Of a stretch of DNA of 36,442 nucleotides, positions 33,409-36,442 are shown piece by piece. Source of the DNA: a virus (lineage: Duplodnaviria > Caudoviricetes); the IMG/VR virus record IMGVR_UViG_3300027769_000071, positions 1-36,442 of that record, one strand, 5' to 3'. Below the pieces are notes generated by a model. It saw only the letters and a program-made list of their open reading frames with translations, was not told the DNA's origin and ran no database searches. Position 1 is the first letter of the stretch. Each line of letters opens with the position of its first letter. The position numbers were made by a program, and so were the translations under genes.

Positions 33409-33566
33409 TACTTCCGCTTCCGTGACTTACCGGCTTCGCTCAATGCGATGGCAATGGCCTGCTTGCGACTCTTGACCTTCGGTCCTTTGCCGGGACCTGG
33501 CTTGCCGGTGTTCAGGGTGCCGCGCTTGTATTCACCCATCACCTTCTCAACTTTCGATTTTGCCAT
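33408..33566 (-). CDS. small basic protein (52 aa, DUF6496-like)
   Basis: Hand translation MAKSKVEKVMGEYKRGTLNTGKPGPGKGPKVKSRKQAIAIALSEAGKSRKRK. Confidence 0.75.
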   Translation of the reverse strand: MAKSKVEKVMGEYKRGTLNTGKPGPGKGPKVKSRKQAIAIALSEAGKSRKRK

Positions 33567-34767
33567 ATCGCTTCTGAAGGTCTTTCAAGGTTAGCTCTGA
33601 CCCATCATCACGAACGAGCTTGGCGATGGCGTCCTTCGGTCCGTACTTGTCGGACAGTCGATTGAAGTAGGCGGCCTTGCTTTTGCCGAGCACTTCCTCC
33701 TGTGTCTCCTTGGATTGTTTGCTTAGCCAATCACCGTAGGACTGGTTTGCAGGCACTTGGCCATCCATTGACGCACGCCTTGCCGGTGGTGGTGGGCTGA
33801 AGCCGAGGCCCTCGTAGTCGATCACCGGGACTGTCGTTGAGCGGCAGTTGAAATGCTGTGGCGGCATTGGTCCTTGACCGTACGAAAACTCCCGGCCATC
33901 CAAGGCGCGGCAGATGCTGCTGGTTCTGGTGTCGAGCGTGGCGACGTACTTGTATTTTTTGGTGATGTCCTGATTCGCCTCGTAGACCTGCTGGCTGGCG
34001 GCATTGGCGACCTGGTTGATGCTGGTGCGGACGAGCGCCATGACCTGGTTGTTGGCCACGGCAGTGGACTGCCCGCCAGCGGCAATGAGCTGCTTCACCG
34101 TACGGGCTTCCTCGCCGAACTGGAGATTGCCGATCAACCGCTTGGCAATGGATGGTGTTGTCTCACCTGTTAGCAGGCCATTCCTCACCACCTGGCTGAA
34201 CCGCTCCGCCTGATCCACGGCGATGCCCCGAAACGCCTTCTCCACGGTGCTGCCATTGGGCAATGTGATCGTGGCACCCTTGGCTGCGGTGAGATTGAAC
34301 GTGCCGGTACCAGCCTGCGGAACTAGGGCTTCGGTGCCGTAGACGGACTTAAAAAGGTCATCCGATAGCGCAACCACATTCAGCTGCGTCGGGTCAGTCG
34401 TCACCACCGACTGCGCAAACTGCGGGCTGATCTCGACGGTGTTGACGATGTTGCGGCTGCCGGTCGGTAACGCCTTTCGCAGCTGCTCAGTCACAAACTC
34501 AGATTGGAGCTGCGCGAGGCCTTGCAGTTCGATCGCGGTCAGCTCAGTGCTGTCGCCTGCCCATGTCGCCAGGCTGTCCTTCAGCTGCGCCAAGATGCCG
34601 CGAAGCCGTGCAGCTTTCACCGGTGCCGACAACTCGTCAATGGTGCGGAGCTGGTTCACCGCATCAACGATGATGTCGTTGTAAGCATTGATCACCCGCC
34701 TGCCGACGCTGTTGCTGTAGCGATTCAGGTCGATCGCGTTGCGGTACAGGCTGCTAGGAGTGCTCAT
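33547..34767 (-). CDS. minor head / head morphogenesis protein (SPP1 gp7 / MuF family)
   Basis: LVRT, ATLDTRTSSICRALDG, PPQHFNCRST. Confidence 0.9.
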   Translation of the reverse strand: MSTPSSLYRNAIDLNRYSNSVGRRVINAYNDIIVDAVNQLRTIDELSAPVKAARLRGILAQLKDSLATWAGDSTELTAIELQGLAQLQSEFVTEQLRKALPTGSRNIVNTVEISPQFAQSVVTTDPTQLNVVALSDDLFKSVYGTEALVPQAGTGTFNLTAAKGATITLPNGSTVEKAFRGIAVDQAERFSQVVRNGLLTGETTPSIAKRLIGNLQFGEEARTVKQLIAAGGQSTAVANNQVMALVRTSINQVANAASQQVYEANQDITKKYKYVATLDTRTSSICRALDGREFSYGQGPMPPQHFNCRSTTVPVIDYEGLGFSPPPPARRASMDGQVPANQSYGDWLSKQSKETQEEVLGKSKAAYFNRLSDKYGPKDAIAKLVRDDGSELTLKDLQKRYGKIES

Positions 34768-35018
34768 GGCTCGATGCCAAGGTCCTGCGGGTTGTACGCC
34801 GATTGGATGCTGATGTTGGCGCCGCCGATCAGTCCGGTGCTGATGATTTCATCAAAGGCGTCGTATCCGCGTTGTCCATCTTCCATCAGGATCACTTCAT
34901 CAACGCCGTCTGCCTTGTCGCCCTTGTACCAAGTTGTGCGGATGATGGCCAGGATTTCATCGGGCAGGTTGGTGATCGTGTAATCGACCGTCTGGCCACG
35001 GTGGTTGGGCTTGGCCAT
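34764..35018 (-). CDS. hypothetical protein
   Basis: ORF between portal and MuF, ATGA-coupled to MuF; start could lie further upstream. Confidence 0.6.
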   Translation of the reverse strand: MAKPNHRGQTVDYTITNLPDEILAIIRTTWYKGDKADGVDEVILMEDGQRGYDAFDEIISTGLIGGANISIQSAYNPQDLGIEP

Positions 35019-35028
35019 GAGCGCAAGC

Positions 35029-36414
35029 CTAAGCAGCAGCTTGGCTGTCCATTGTCTCAAGGCCACCATTCGACGTTGCATCTAGCTCCTCTTCGACGTT
35101 GAAGTCATCCCCCAGGATCTCGCCATCAGCCAACTGCTGCAGCAAAGTTTCCTGCGTGATGGTCCCGGCAGTGTAAAGAGCCAAGAGTGACTGGATCTCC
35201 TGCGGTTCAAGCCTGCTGCCGACGAAGTCACGATTCACCAAGCAGCTGCCAGCGGCTTCATTCTGCCCGATGAACTGCGCGTGGAATTGCAGGCAGTTGT
35301 CGATCATGTCCTGCACGTTCTGCGCGATCACCATCATGGTGCTGTCGCCTTGACTGCGGTCGATCCGCTTCGCCTCAGCGGTTTCGGCGCTCAGCTTTTG
35401 GCCCAGCACTGCCGACAGTCCCAACTCGTTGATCTGCGCTGCCAGTTGCTCCAACCTGCGGAATTGGTAGTCGAAGCTGCGGCCTTGCGGTTCGATGTAC
35501 TCGGCACGGCCTTCAGCGGGGAAGGCGATCGCCTCGCCAGGTCCGGCTGACACTTCCTCGGCAGCAGTCGGAAAGCCGAAGAACGCCAGCATCGGCACTG
35601 CCGAGATGTGCAGTTGGTTGTCAAGGTCGGACTGCACCTGATAGGTCTTCAGGTTCAGCTCGGCGATGTCCTCCATTGGCGGACGAGACTCCATGAAGCC
35701 ATGGCGGTTGCCGTAGGCGACGCTGAACGGGATCACGTCAAGGCTGGTGGTGCCTTCATCCGTGACCTTGAACTCGCCATCGTCCTGCCGTTGATGGATC
35801 TGGAATTGCCCTGGCGTCAGCACTCGCACCTGCTCGATCGCTTTCTCGCCGTAGAGACCATCAGGCACGACGACGGATTCCATCAGCCGCAGCTGAACCA
35901 ACTGCTGCGCTCCATCGCGCTGCTCCGTGCGCCAGCCGAGGATCTGCCGTGGCGTGTAGGTGCACCAGTACGGGCGGCCGCCATCGGACGGAGCATCAAC
36001 CAACGTGCCGACGTGGCCGTAACGGATCAGTTTCCGTGCGGTTTCGTAGGTCCAGACGTTCAGGTCATTGCCTTGCAGGTCAACATCAAACAGCTGCTCA
36101 CGGATGGTGTCGCTGGTATCGGTAAGCCTGACGGGCTTGCGTGTCAGCATCCCGGCCAGCATCCGCTCCAGCCGCTGGTAGTACGGCGGCACCGCGCTGC
36201 GGGCCAAGCGGTTGTCGTAGGACTCATCAAGCTCGCGGGGCTCCTGCGGCAGGTACCGACGATGCTTCCGACGCATCCCGTAGGTGCCTTGCATCAGGTC
36301 TTCGATCAGGATCCAATGCGGCTCCTGCGCATACCATGCGGAGTTCGCATCCTGAACGCTGGTAACCTTGCGCTCTGCCGGGTTGCGATCGTAGAAGGAG
36401 TAGCCGGAATACAT
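35029..36414 (-). CDS. portal protein (DUF4055 family)
   Basis: YLPQ...E....Y..RL, DVDL.G..L, G..G.LVD, IA.LN...YQ..SD....LH....P, ETAEA. Confidence 0.9.
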   Translation of the reverse strand: MYSGYSFYDRNPAERKVTSVQDANSAWYAQEPHWILIEDLMQGTYGMRRKHRRYLPQEPRELDESYDNRLARSAVPPYYQRLERMLAGMLTRKPVRLTDTSDTIREQLFDVDLQGNDLNVWTYETARKLIRYGHVGTLVDAPSDGGRPYWCTYTPRQILGWRTEQRDGAQQLVQLRLMESVVVPDGLYGEKAIEQVRVLTPGQFQIHQRQDDGEFKVTDEGTTSLDVIPFSVAYGNRHGFMESRPPMEDIAELNLKTYQVQSDLDNQLHISAVPMLAFFGFPTAAEEVSAGPGEAIAFPAEGRAEYIEPQGRSFDYQFRRLEQLAAQINELGLSAVLGQKLSAETAEAKRIDRSQGDSTMMVIAQNVQDMIDNCLQFHAQFIGQNEAAGSCLVNRDFVGSRLEPQEIQSLLALYTAGTITQETLLQQLADGEILGDDFNVEEELDATSNGGLETMDSQAAA

Positions 36415-36416
36415 GA

Positions 36417-36442
36417 TCAGTACAGGCGGATTCCCGTGCTCC
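36417..36442 (-). CDS. 3' end of the upstream gene, probably terminase large subunit (...STGIRLY*)
   Basis: TGA-TC-ATG junction directly upstream of the portal; identity inferred from synteny only. Confidence 0.5.

Noticed and set aside
35525-35532. HIP1 octamer GCGATCGC as a cyanobacterial signature
   Set aside because: GATC and CGATCG look frequent, but I noted only this full octamer and cannot establish enrichment without a count.

Overview
Most of a GC-rich tailed-phage genome: a siphovirus with lambda-like tail-tip genes. A cyanobacterial-type group 2 sigma factor and several small conserved-looking proteins suggest a picocyanobacterial (Synechococcus/Cyanobium-like) host, which is inference. 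The + strand arm (298-14599) holds early/replication genes: SNF2 helicase with an amino-methyltransferase, an HNH endonuclease, an SF2 helicase, a C5 methyltransferase, VRR-NUC, a promoter/hairpin cassette array, RecE-like exonuclease, Bet, SSB, DUF3310, a mosaic run of small genes, ThyX and the sigma factor. The - strand arm (36442-14579) is the late operon: probable terminase end, portal, MuF, scaffold, capsid, neck, two tail tube paralogs, G/GT chaperone, tape measure, M-L-K-I-J, tail fibre, lysis genes and dCTP deaminase. Most unusual signals: (1) an HNH cassette inserted at the helicase Walker A lysine that supplies a recoded replacement 5' end of the helicase; (2) an unannotated candidate -1 frameshift (C CCA AAG, 7 nt spacer, 8-bp hairpin) in the holin-like gene; (3) a C5 methyltransferase whose motif IX-like segment lies in a nested +1 frame gene; (4) a repeated promoter-hairpin-leader scaffold carrying unrelated small genes, next to an orphan structured element. 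No integrase, tRNA, CRISPR array or reverse transcriptase was seen. All family calls come from motif recognition by eye, not from database searches.
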